From an uncultured Nitrososphaerota archaeon (lineage in GTDB: Archaea > Thermoproteota > EX4484-205 > JAAOZP01), in the NCBI GenBank assembly GCA_964416155.1, contig CAYQCW010000007.1, positions 25,217-89,216 on the forward strand: 64,000 nt of DNA. The letters are read 5' to 3'. Under the pieces are notes generated by a model. It saw only the letters and a program-made list of their open reading frames with translations, was not told where the DNA came from and did not search any database. Both the position numbers and the translations under genes were made by a program. The stretch's first letter is position 1, and every line of letters starts with the position of its first letter. Positions 48,577 to 57,805 of this stretch are shown here, in pieces.

Positions 48577-48930
48577 ATGGGGTTGAGATTCGGGTCTAAG
48601 AGGGAGCAGGAGCGTCTGCTTAAGAGGCTTGGGATAAGGCTTGAGGAGGTGCAGGGCGTTAGAAGCGTAGTTATTGAGACTGACAGCGAGAGGATTGTTT
48701 TCGACTCCCCGGCTGTGACTAAGATGGTTAGCGGTGGTCAGGAGATATACCAGGTTATCGGGGAGCCCATGGTTGAGAAGAAGGAGAAGGAGGAGTATGT
48801 TCCCCTGGAGGAGGATGTTCTGCTTGTGGCGAAGCAGACCGGTAGGAGTGTTGAGGACGCAAGGAAAGCCTTGATAACGACTGAGGGCGATATCGCTCAA
48901 GCGATTGTTCTGCTTCAATCAGGCCGGTAG
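48577..48930 (+). CDS. nac: Nascent polypeptide-associated complex protein (NAC alpha homolog with UBA domain)
   Basis: NAC domain plus C-terminal UBA (VEDARKALITTEGDIAQAIVLL). Confidence 0.85.
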   Translation: MGLRFGSKREQERLLKRLGIRLEEVQGVRSVVIETDSERIVFDSPAVTKMVSGGQEIYQVIGEPMVEKKEKEEYVPLEEDVLLVAKQTGRSVEDARKALITTEGDIAQAIVLLQSGR

Positions 48931-48977
48931 GGAAAGGCATATTTGCTTCCCCCATGTTTTCTTAAGGGTCTTTAAAA

Positions 48978-49505
48978 ATGGTATGCGAGATATGCGGGGC
49001 TAGGGCGCCGAAACTTAGGAGAACAATCATAGAGGGCAGCGTTATGAATGTTTGCCCAGACTGTTTCAACACTCTTACTAAGAAGACTCCTGTTGAAAAC
49101 GTGTTTGCCAAGCCAGGTGGAACCCTGGTGAAGAAGCCGGTTGCCGCTAAGCCGGTTACGGTTAAAAAGATTGAAAAGAAGACTCCTGTTGAAAACGTCT
49201 CTCTAGCAGAATCCGTGGAGCTTGCGAGCAATTACAGGGAGCTTATTAAGAGTAGGAGGAGGAAGCTCGGCTGGAGCGAGGAGGACCTTGGGGAGAAAAC
49301 AGGTTTGAAAACGTCTCTGATAAAGAAGATTGAGACCGGCAAGATAACTCCCTCCGTGGTTGACGTTAGGAAGATTGAGGACGCTTTGAAAATAAAGCTG
49401 CTTACGAGTATTAAGCAGGAAGCGGCTCCCGTTAAGCATCTTGCTAAGAGCTCTTCTTCAGCCTTAACCCTGGGGGATATTTTGCGCGACGAGGCTGCTG
49501 AATAG
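48978..49505 (+). CDS. Multiprotein-bridging factor 1 (zinc ribbon + XRE-type HTH)
   Basis: N-terminal CEICG...CPDC zinc ribbon, C-terminal HTH (LIKSRRRKLGWSEEDLGEKTGL...). Confidence 0.8.
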   Translation: MVCEICGARAPKLRRTIIEGSVMNVCPDCFNTLTKKTPVENVFAKPGGTLVKKPVAAKPVTVKKIEKKTPVENVSLAESVELASNYRELIKSRRRKLGWSEEDLGEKTGLKTSLIKKIETGKITPSVVDVRKIEDALKIKLLTSIKQEAAPVKHLAKSSSSALTLGDILRDEAAE

Positions 49506-49525
49506 CCGGGGAGGAGACGCCCAGC

Positions 49526-50101
49526 ATGGTTCAAACCGGCTGCGAAATAGGGGTTCTCCGCCTCGGCCACAGGATATTCAGGGATAAGAGGGTGACTATG
49601 CATGCTTTCCTTGTTTCAAGAGCCTTCGGGGCAACCTCGTTCATCATTCACGGAGATAGGGATTCTAAGCTTGAGGAGAAAGCCAGAAGGGTTGTTAGAG
49701 ACTGGGGTGGGAGAATAAGCATCGGCTACAGTGGAGACTGGTTGAAAACAGTTGAGGACTGGAGGAGCAGGGGGAGCCTGATCCTTCACCTAACGATGTA
49801 CGGCATGCCCGTTGAAAACGTTATCGAGAGCATCAGGGTGGAGAGCAGGCTCCTAGTGATAATCGGCGGCCGGAAGGTTCCCCGAGAAGCCTACGAGGTT
49901 TCGGATTACAATGTCGCAGTAACAAATCAGCCTCACTCAGAGATAGCCGCGCTCGCAATGTTTCTAGACAGGTTTTTCAAGGGCCAAGAGCTCTACATGC
50001 AACATGAGAAGGCAAGGGTCTTCGCGGTTCCCTCACCCAGAGGAAAAGTAATATGTAGGAACCCGTTTTACAAGGAGGAGGAGAAAGTTGAGCGAGGATA
50101 G
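49526..50101 (+). CDS. tRNA (cytidine56-2'-O)-methyltransferase aTrm56 (SPOUT)
   Basis: VLRLGHRIFRDKRVTMHAFLVSRAFGA and later SPOUT knot motifs. Confidence 0.75.
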   Translation: MVQTGCEIGVLRLGHRIFRDKRVTMHAFLVSRAFGATSFIIHGDRDSKLEEKARRVVRDWGGRISIGYSGDWLKTVEDWRSRGSLILHLTMYGMPVENVIESIRVESRLLVIIGGRKVPREAYEVSDYNVAVTNQPHSEIAALAMFLDRFFKGQELYMQHEKARVFAVPSPRGKVICRNPFYKEEEKVERG

Positions 50102-50615
50102 GCTTGACGCCGTAAGCCATCTTTACACGCAGATCGTAGGCCTCATAGGGGGAGACGAGGCTATAGAGGTTGCTGAGGCATTAATACAGCTTAAGAAGGC
50201 GAGCGAGGAGCAGATATCCTCTAAAACCGAGTTGAGAGTAGGAGACGTGAGGAAAATACTTTTCAAGCTTTACGAGAAGGCGTTAATAACCTACGAGGAG
50301 CTGAAGAAGGAGGAGGGAGATAAGATAAAAAGCATATTCTTATGGATGCCGCTCATAGACCAGGTTGAGGGAATAGCTGCAAACTACAGGCGTATGATTC
50401 TACAGAAGCTCAGGGAGAAGCTCGCATTCGCAGAGGGCAACGAGCTCTACCACTGTGGAAAAGAAGGCCATAAAATACTTGTTTTCGACGAGGCTGTTGA
50501 AAACCTTTTCAGATGCCCCATGTGCAGCGAACCCCTCTTCAGAATGAATAAGGAGGAGTACGTTAGGAAACTGAACACACTGATAAAAACAATTGAAAAT
50601 GAGGAGAAAGAGTAG
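50088..50615 (+). CDS. tfe: Transcription factor E (TFIIE-alpha homolog)
   Basis: Winged helix plus C-terminal zinc ribbon CGKEGHKILVFDEAVENLFRCPMC. Confidence 0.75.
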   Translation: MSEDRLDAVSHLYTQIVGLIGGDEAIEVAEALIQLKKASEEQISSKTELRVGDVRKILFKLYEKALITYEELKKEEGDKIKSIFLWMPLIDQVEGIAANYRRMILQKLREKLAFAEGNELYHCGKEGHKILVFDEAVENLFRCPMCSEPLFRMNKEEYVRKLNTLIKTIENEEKE

Positions 50616-51162
50616 AATACCAAATGAAGAGAAATGCGTCAAGATTCTTTTAGAAGAAGGGGTTAACAGCAGTGTTCTTAGACACGCCTTGAAAGTCAGC
50701 GAGGTCGCTAAAGACTTAGCAGACAGAGTAGAGTCAAAAGGATACCGTGTGAATAAGAAGCTGGTTACGGCGGGAGCACTTCTCCACGACATTGGAAGAG
50801 CAGTCACCCACGATGTTTCACACGGAGTAATAGGCGGCCAAATAGTTAGAAGAAGGAAACTAGATGAACAGCTTGCGAGAATAGTTGAGAGACACGTGGG
50901 AGCAGGAATATCCGAGGAAGAGGCTGCGAAGCTGAAACTAGGCACAATAAGCCTAATCCCGGAGACCGTTGAGGAGAAAATAGTCTGCTACGCCGACAAG
51001 CTTGTAGACAGCGATAAGAAGATAGAGTACACGGAAACCCTGAAATACTTCAAGGAGAAACTGGGCGTAGACCACCCTGCAATAAGAAGGCTCGAAGAAC
51101 TAGACGAGTTTTTCCAAGAAATCCTCCGAAAGGACGATAGGAACGAAAAACACAATTGTTGA
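50593..51162 (+). CDS. HD-domain phosphohydrolase
   Basis: H...HD motif (LLHDIGRAV), 189 aa. Confidence 0.7.
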   Translation: MKMRRKSRIPNEEKCVKILLEEGVNSSVLRHALKVSEVAKDLADRVESKGYRVNKKLVTAGALLHDIGRAVTHDVSHGVIGGQIVRRRKLDEQLARIVERHVGAGISEEEAAKLKLGTISLIPETVEEKIVCYADKLVDSDKKIEYTETLKYFKEKLGVDHPAIRRLEELDEFFQEILRKDDRNEKHNC

Positions 51163-51299
51163 AACCCTTCAAGAAAACTAAATAGTTAAACAAGGATGTA
51201 AAGGAAAGCAGGTGTTAGTTTTCAGCTAGCAAACCTTTCACGTGCTAAGCGGAATCATAACCTCGATAGGTTTACCTCGCAATGTTTAATACAGCTAAG

Positions 51300-51313
51300 A
51301 AAGGTTTTTATCC
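51300..51313 (+). promoter_or_regulatory. TATA-like box upstream of tRNA-Lys(UUU)
   Basis: AAAGGTTTTTATCC about 25 bp upstream of the tRNA 5' end. A similar AAAAATTTAATAGC lies about 27 bp upstream of tRNA-Ile (51497-51510). Confidence 0.4.
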
Positions 51314-51335
51314 ACCCTAGAACACTGAGCAAACA

Positions 51336-51480
51336 GGACCCGTAGCTCAAATTTAAGTACTAGATTCGCGTGATGGCGTGAGTCTAGTACTTGAAGAGCA
51401 GCCTGGTTAGAGCGCTGGGCTTTTAACCCAGAGCCGCGCGCGGCGGGTAAATGTTGCGGGTTCAATTCCCGCCGGGTCCG
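51336..51480 (+). tRNA. tRNA-Lys (anticodon UUU) with two non-canonical introns (D-loop ~50 nt; variable-loop ~19 nt)
   Basis: Acceptor GGACCCG/CGGGTCC. D-arm GCTC[...intron...]AGCCTGGTTAGAGC. Anticodon arm CTGGG CTTTTAA CCCAG. GC-rich insert CCGCGCGCGGCGGGTAAAT before T-arm GCGGGTTCAATTCCCGC. Confidence 0.75.
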
Positions 51481-51534
51481 TTACTTATAACGTTCAGAAA
51501 AATTTAATAGCTGGCTTAAAGATGAAGGAGACAA

Positions 51535-51634
51535 GGGCCAGTGGCCCAGCCTGGTTAAGGCGCCCGGCTGATAATAGATGAATATAAATCTATTTGAAAC
51601 CGGGAGATCGCCGGTTCGAATCCGGCCTGGCCCA
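51535..51634 (+). tRNA. tRNA-Ile (anticodon GAU) with 25-nt canonical intron
   Basis: Acceptor GGGCCAG/CTGGCCC. Anticodon arm CCCGG CTGATA[25 nt]A CCGGG. T-arm GCCGGTTCGAATCCGGC. Confidence 0.8.
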
Positions 51635-52268
51635 CTTTTAGTGAATGTGTAAACGCGTATCTCATTCTTTTCCGCGCCATGGTGTTCGCAATCTTCAATA
51701 ATGAGATTAGAAGGCGATTATGCTTAAAGCTGTGCTTCACGAGTATTAGTAGGATGGTGAACCCTAAGCTTAGGAAGAGGCTTGTGGATTCGATAGAGTA
51801 TCTTCGTAAAATGGGTTTCTTCCAAAACTACTCCGACTTGTCCTCCGAGGAGATTCTTAAGAAGATTTGAACGGCGAGATAGAATATTCTATGCTGTCGG
51901 TTGATGAGAAGGATGAGAGGAGTTTTTAAAAAAGGCGGAGGAGGAGAGAGAAAGGGGAAACTTGGGGCCAGCGTCTAAAAAAGTGGATTGAAAAGGATGA
52001 GGATCAGTGGATGAAGAAGAGCGATTTCGGAGTAGATTTAGAGCTGAGCTTTTTCGATAGGAGGAGGATTTTCGCTGAAGATGTAGAGACTATGATTTAT
52101 GAAGGCATGGTGGTCGTGTTGTTGAAGAAACTAGCTAGGATTTCAAGAGGCGTTTTCCAGCCGACGAATATGAGGGAGAAGAAGTGGGTCCAATGGCATG
52201 GGAAGGCTCCTCAAGACGATGGAATACATTTCAAAATTCCTTAACTATGATTATAGGACTAGGATCGG

Positions 52269-52454
52269 GTGTGCTTCGAGTTCAGGAGAGAGGAGCATGT
52301 CGTCGATTTTTACTGTAGAGGTGATTTTCTGAATATAGAACTCGTGGTAAATAGGATAAACGAGCTTATTAAGGATGCTGGATATCAATACTACCGGCTT
52401 CAGGAGACTACTTCTGTTTCGCTGTTCTCACTCGGGATGAAGCTGAGAAGCTAA
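52269..52454 (+). CDS. Small ORF 'Y' paralog (61 aa)
   Basis: ...VNRINELIKDAGYQYYRL... Convergent with the X remnant and overlapping it by 4 nt. Confidence 0.3.
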   Translation: MCFEFRREEHVVDFYCRGDFLNIELVVNRINELIKDAGYQYYRLQETTSVSLFSLGMKLRS

Positions 52455-53733
52455 TGAAGGAAAGGGGCTGGAGATTTATAAAGGTGTATTAGTTTGCAGG
52501 TTCTGTTATGGTTTAGGTTTAACACTGCATCACCGGGAATAGGTTCAATACCTTCCAAGAATTCCGACGTTATGATTTTGTCCAAATCCCTAAGTGCAAT
52601 GACTAATGGAAGCCCGTACTTGGCCTTTATGAAGTAATCTTTCAACTGCTTTACTGCCCCATCCATCTGCCTCGCTACATTTATTCTTGTGGTTTTAATC
52701 TCGATTATCGCAACCAGTTCACTTTTATGATACATGTGAAAACCAGGCCCTAGCTTAAATGGTCCCATTATTTTCGAGCTCATTCTCCAGAATATCTAGG
52801 AACTCGGACACCTTCCTTTTAATTTCATCTTTCAAGTAAAGTTTAACGTATCACTGACCAATGTCCCCCTCAAAGTTAGGGTCTTCGCGTTCTTCGCCAA
52901 AGATCTTTTTCAAATCCTCAACCATTTTCGTTAAAATTGTCTTCGGGTTTTCCAGGAATATCTAATGGTCGGATGTGGTTTCGCCCTCTCCTCTGTAATA
53001 CTCTACCGTGAGTTTGCTTTTCTCCTCATCGTATTTCACGCTTTTAATCCGTCTAAATTGGCTGACCATCAATTTGCATAAATATTCCTTGGATTCCTTG
53101 TGCACCAGCTTGATTAAGTGCTCTTTACCTCGTAATCCTTTATCGAGAAGATGACTGTGGACCCATAATCCCCCGTCTTATCGTAACGTGGGTCCTCCTT
53201 CAAGAGGATTTCGCAAATATCATTTCCACCTACAATCAGCATGTATTTCCCTAAGCTGAACGTGGTGTCGAACGGTGCGTTCGCCTCCCTGAGGACTGTT
53301 TTGACAAACTCGTAGGTGGCGATCCTAGTTACAGTTACCTTAACTTCCTCACCATCCTCGCCTATATCGTTTGGAATGTCGAATTCAAACGTTGATCCAT
53401 AACCTTTGAAAAGGTCCTTTCCTTCACCTTAATTTTTACCCAACATGGTTCATCTCCCAAGTATGATTTGAGCAGTTCCCTAGATATCCGAATCCTTAAA
53501 TTATGCTTAATATGCTGCTTCAAAACGCTTTTCACCATTAAGCCGTCAGGATGGTTGATTATCCTGCTAAGCGCACGTACAACCGGTGCGACGAAGATTC
53601 CAAGCGGGCTGTAGGTTAATGCTTCGGTAACGCTACCCGTTTGAGCGTAGACTATGAGGGCGCTTGCTGTGCCAACCGCTAAGCCTGCTATAGTGATGTG
53701 TGAGACCGTGAAGGATAGGCCTGCTATCGCCAC
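52451..53733 (-). pseudogene. Decayed member of a multi-copy gene family (hydrophobic N-terminus, central domain, C-terminal hhAIhEIKxT module), fragmented across three frames
   Basis: Manual three-frame read of the minus strand gives consecutive pieces MAIAGLSF...KIKVKE / GYGSTFEFDIPNDIGEDGEEVKVTV...KDYEVKST / LIKLVHKESKEY... / IFLENPKTILTKMVEDLKKIF... / YVKLYLKDEIKRKVSEFLDILENE then MSSKIMGPF...ELVAIIEIKTT... separated by frameshifts or stops. Confidence 0.4.
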
Positions 53734-54658
53734 GGGTATCGGGGTTCCGGTCGTCCCCGCAAACGTAGACCGCTGCCGAGAGGCCCTCTAGTATCGTTAC
53801 CGTTGCAATGGTTGTTTTAGTGTCGCTATAAGTCCCTTGGCCGGCTCGCGTCGATACGGAGGTAGCCTGTTCCACCGTACCATGTTCTCTTGTCGACGAT
53901 GTAGGTTATCGCTACAGTGTTCCTATTCAGGTTGTTCCAAGAATAGGATGAGGGGGCTGCGGAAGCGTGGGTTCTGTTGAACGAAGTGGCTAAATCAGGC
54001 AGGAGGAGAAGCGTAAAGGAGGCTGAGAAGAACAGTGTTAAAAACAGGCGTCTCCAGGCACGCCCGCCCATGAATGGGAAACGCGGGGGCTTAAGATAGA
54101 GCTTTCCAGCTTGCCCTGCCCACGATGCTGAGGCTGTCCTCACAGCACGCGCTAGACCAGCCCTGTTGAAGCGTTCAAAGTATAGGGTAGCGCACGATCC
54201 TAAAACCGCTCTACACCGTTTATCCCTCACTGTCGTATGGATCAAAGTGGTTTTCTTGAGCCATTAGGCCTCATGAGGAGGGCTAACTCCCCATAGTTAA
54301 CTTGAAGGCCTGCTCCTTAATCACGGTTTTGCCCCGAGCTCTACGACGAGGCCTTTCAAATAAAGCATTTATATTACCAGCTTATTTTCCGCCTGAAGAC
54401 GGTTTAAAAAGGTTTAAGCCTCAGATTAACTCTGACAAGTCATGTTTTCCTACAAATACCTTATCCTCATAGGCTGAAGAGTAAGCCTTCCGCCAGAAGA
54501 AAAACTTTATCTTGAGACGCTTGACGCTTTAAAAACAATTGATTAGGGCGGTGGAGGCGTTCAGAACCCTAGGAGGAGTTTACGATAAACGTGAGAAAAC
54601 CCTAGTGCAACCCAGGGTTCTCCATACTGTTTAGAGCTCGGAAGGAGGCTGGTTTAAA

Positions 54659-55228
54659 ATGAGTTTTGCAAAAGGTAAAAGAGTTTTCGAAGAATACGGC
54701 TACGTTATAGACTTCTTGGAGGAGGGAAGGGTTTTAAGCAGGGTCGGCAGGCCTGTGCACACGCCTTACGCGCAGCTTCTCGGCGAAAACTATTTCACCC
54801 TGCTGGAGGTTTCTCTATTCCCCCATGTCAGGCTAGGTTTTAAGGAAAGAGTTTTCATAGGTAAGGGGGACAGGCCTCAGGTTAAGAACGTGCTTGGACG
54901 AATAAGATACGGTGAGCTGACTCCTCAAGCCAGGTACATGCTTCCCGAGGTCGCTGAATTTATAATCGTTAAAAACGAATCCCGGTTTATAGATCTCTTA
55001 AACAATCTACAATCCCTCTCGCCGAAAATGCACTCGATTGAGCTTCTACCAAGCATTGGCAAGATGAATTCTAAAAAGATTCTTGAGGAGAGAGCTAGAA
55101 AACCTTTCACGTCTTACGAAGATTTTTCAAGCAGGACTGGCGTACAGGGGATTGCGAGGCTCATGGCGCAGAGGGTTGTGGAGGAGCTTTCCACCGAGGT
55201 TAAATACCGCATATTCACAAGGGATTAG
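54659..55228 (+). CDS. DUF655-like nucleic-acid-binding protein (OB/S1-like N-domain + HhH C-domain), tentative
   Basis: 189 aa. C-terminal SYEDFSSRTGVQGIARLMAQRV resembles helix-hairpin-helix. Confidence 0.45.
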   Translation: MSFAKGKRVFEEYGYVIDFLEEGRVLSRVGRPVHTPYAQLLGENYFTLLEVSLFPHVRLGFKERVFIGKGDRPQVKNVLGRIRYGELTPQARYMLPEVAEFIIVKNESRFIDLLNNLQSLSPKMHSIELLPSIGKMNSKKILEERARKPFTSYEDFSSRTGVQGIARLMAQRVVEELSTEVKYRIFTRD

Positions 55229-55772
55229 GAGGCTTCCTAGATATTTTGAGCAGGATGATTTTTTCGAAAAAGAAACTCCTGCAGGAGGCTTCTTCAACAA
55301 GAAAGCCTTTCTCCTTCAGAGTCCTCTTCAAGCCTTCTACGTCTGAAAGGCTTGACTGCACGAGGAACAATACGCTAGCATCAGACATTAGGGGAAGCAC
55401 GTTTCCTAAAAGCCTTCTCGAGAAAGCCGCGTCTTTCCCAGCAGCCCATGACGGATCCTCTTTGGGAGACTGCTCAACCGGAAGATAGGGAGGATTGCTC
55501 ACTATCATGTCGAACCCAACGCCATCCCTGAACGCTGTTGCAAGATCCCCGTTTACAACATGCACAACCCCCCGAAGCCTGTTTCTCTTGAAATTGATTA
55601 AAGTGTTTCTACACGCCTCCATATAGACATCCACCGCAACCACCTCAATGTTTCTGCGTGCAAAAGCCAGTGAAACTACGCCACTTCCGCAGCCTATTTC
55701 CAGAATCCTTTTGGCTTCAACCTCTTCTACAATATCGAGAACCATGTAGGAATCCTCTGAAGGAGGATACAC
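55215..55772 (-). CDS. HemK/Mtq2-type protein N5-glutamine methyltransferase
   Basis: SAM motif ILEIGCGSGVVS and catalytic NPPY (VSNPPYLP). Confidence 0.7.
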   Translation of the reverse strand: MYPPSEDSYMVLDIVEEVEAKRILEIGCGSGVVSLAFARRNIEVVAVDVYMEACRNTLINFKRNRLRGVVHVVNGDLATAFRDGVGFDMIVSNPPYLPVEQSPKEDPSWAAGKDAAFSRRLLGNVLPLMSDASVLFLVQSSLSDVEGLKRTLKEKGFLVEEASCRSFFFEKIILLKISRKPPNPL

Positions 55773-55807
55773 GCCAGGGTAAACTGTAATTCTTAAGCCG
55801 TTGACAA

Positions 55808-56917
55808 CTATCTTGTCCGTAGCTCAATCACATCCCTGTCTAAAAGCTTGAAGGAAGGGCCTACTCTCAACGGCTTAGACGTGAAACCGCCCCTCCATAA
55901 TCTGGCGTACTTAAGGTTTTCAGAAAGATCTCTGTGGATTCTGGAGGCAAGCTCCTGGACGGTAGTTTCCTCATCCACGAGCAGCGGCCTACTGGAGGGT
56001 GAAACAGCGGAGGGAGGTTTCAAATACACTCGGATAAGCCCTGAGGCGTTGAAAACCGTTTTTAAAACATCATTCTTCAAGAGCCTCTCCAAGCTGACTA
56101 TAGAATCCTCCGGAATGCCTAATTGATCGGCAGGTAATCTGTCCTCATGGTTTTTCACTATTGTTAGAAAGTTTTTCCTCTGCAAACCCTTTATCGAGCT
56201 TTCAAGCGTGTAGAGAGACGTAAACTCAGAGAGGTGTATGATCCCGCTTTCCACGCCTCTTTCCTTCATAAAACTCTTAACCTCCTCTTCAGACAAGAAC
56301 CGTGACTTGTTCACCACCGTTATCCCGCCCGTCCCCAAACTTTTGAAAACCGCTACGGATTTTCTGGAAGCAACATAGATGCCGAACCTACTGAGCATTT
56401 CTTTAACCAGGTTGAACTCTTCGGAAAGACTCTCGACACTTAAGAGTATCATTATTAAATCCGATTTTAAGAGTATTGTTTGAATAAGCGAGTATTTCTG
56501 GCTGCCCACCATAGACGGGGACATGGGTACGAAGCTCAGGACAATATCCTCGAAACCCGTGCTCAAAGGCTTAAGCTCGTTCAGAGACTCCAAGATAAGG
56601 TTTCCATCGAAAAATTTTACGCATGCTAGAAACTCATGGAGCAGCTTTTTATCCTCAGCCAGTATCGTCATCAATATGGTTGTTTCGCCTTTTTCGAATG
56701 TTGCCGGCCTACTGCTGCGCCTCTTTCTTTCAGAAGTAATCTCGTCTTGAAGCCGTGATATTTGGCGTTTAACCTGAGCCCTAAGCTTCTCAGTCCCCTT
56801 GTGCTCAGGTATCAGTGACAGGAATATCTTTAGGTTCTCAAGCTTTTCCTCCTTGCTCTTGGAGGCAACAACCTTCTTATACTGCGCCTCAGCCTGCGGA
56901 GGGAGGTTGGTCACCAT
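55808..56917 (-). CDS. DRG-family protein with C-terminal TGS domain but degenerate GTPase motifs
   Basis: N-terminal helical region like DRG (AEAQYKKVVASKSKEEKLENLK...). C-terminal TGS (YARLWRGGFTSKPLRVGPSFKLLDRDVIEL). No GxxxxGK[ST] or DxxG in the central domain. Confidence 0.5.
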   Translation of the reverse strand: MVTNLPPQAEAQYKKVVASKSKEEKLENLKIFLSLIPEHKGTEKLRAQVKRQISRLQDEITSERKRRSSRPATFEKGETTILMTILAEDKKLLHEFLACVKFFDGNLILESLNELKPLSTGFEDIVLSFVPMSPSMVGSQKYSLIQTILLKSDLIMILLSVESLSEEFNLVKEMLSRFGIYVASRKSVAVFKSLGTGGITVVNKSRFLSEEEVKSFMKERGVESGIIHLSEFTSLYTLESSIKGLQRKNFLTIVKNHEDRLPADQLGIPEDSIVSLERLLKNDVLKTVFNASGLIRVYLKPPSAVSPSSRPLLVDEETTVQELASRIHRDLSENLKYARLWRGGFTSKPLRVGPSFKLLDRDVIELRTR

Positions 56918-56962
56918 TCTCTTCTAAACAGCATGATAATGTTGCGGCAACTTTTTAAAAAG

Positions 56963-57727
56963 CTATCCTTCCTCAGAATTGTTTTTCAATGCCTCTATTC
57001 CCAGCCTTATTTTTCTGAGAAGCCAAAGGATGCTGCCAGCCTCCTTCACCGAGGGGGCGGAACGCCCGATAACGTTCTTCAGAGACCTGAGCACAACGTT
57101 CTTCTTAACCTCCGGCAGGTTTAAGGCGGAGAAAATATTCTGGGTTTCAACATAAATCCTGTTTACTATCTCCCTGCTGGCCGGCCTCCTTAAAGACTTT
57201 ACTCTTGCCGCCGAGCCCATGTACACCTCGTACATGAGTATTGAGGCTGAGATGGCGAGGTTCATAACGCTGTACTCGCTTGAAGCAGGTATGTGAACAA
57301 CATAGTCTAGCTGCGATAACTCCTCGTTCTTAAGCCCAATGTCTTCCCTGCCGAACACTAGTAATATTCTCCCCTCTAATGGTCTGCAGAGTTCAACCAT
57401 CTCCCTGGGTGAAACATACTGGCGTAGAACGCTTTTAGAGGCTTTCCGGCCGGAGGTGCCGATGCTTACGGAAGGCTTCAACTCCCGTAGGGTCTGCGAG
57501 AGATCCTCGTAAACCAGCTGGTTTTCAATGATTGGTGCACCGTGGACAGCGTAAAGCTTTGAAGAGTCTAAAACCTCTTTTTTAGGAGAGACTAAAACCA
57601 GTCTCCGGAGGGAGAAGTTCATCATCGTCCTTGCGATGAGGCCCACGTTTACAGGATATTTCGGCTCAACCAGTACGATGTAGTATTTCTCGCCTATTTC
57701 CAAGATTAGTGTATTTTCCCCCTCCAC
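56963..57727 (-). CDS. SpoU/TrmH-family (SPOUT) RNA 2'-O-methyltransferase
   Basis: N-terminal VNVGLIARTM and C-terminal SLNLAISASILMYEV motifs. Confidence 0.7.
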   Translation of the reverse strand: MEGENTLILEIGEKYYIVLVEPKYPVNVGLIARTMMNFSLRRLVLVSPKKEVLDSSKLYAVHGAPIIENQLVYEDLSQTLRELKPSVSIGTSGRKASKSVLRQYVSPREMVELCRPLEGRILLVFGREDIGLKNEELSQLDYVVHIPASSEYSVMNLAISASILMYEVYMGSAARVKSLRRPASREIVNRIYVETQNIFSALNLPEVKKNVVLRSLKNVIGRSAPSVKEAGSILWLLRKIRLGIEALKNNSEEG

Positions 57728-57805
57728 CGCCTTTTATCTTCTACTGGAGGGGGAAGCTTTTTAAACCGGCCTGTCTGGAAGACAAGCGGAAGGTCAGGAT
57801 AAAAG

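Noticed and set aside
52451-53733. Initial idea that the AIIEIK module belongs to an 'archaeal ATPase + DUF234' gene
   Set aside because: Manual reconstruction of the upstream frames shows a hydrophobic N-terminus and no Walker A motif, so the AAA-ATPase/DUF234 assignment is unsupported. Left as an unclassified family.
53826-54245. 139-aa and 80-aa minus-strand ORFs (53826..54245, 53633..53875)
   Set aside because: Arg/Ala/Ser-rich low-complexity translations with no motifs, inside the decayed island; treated as noncoding debris.
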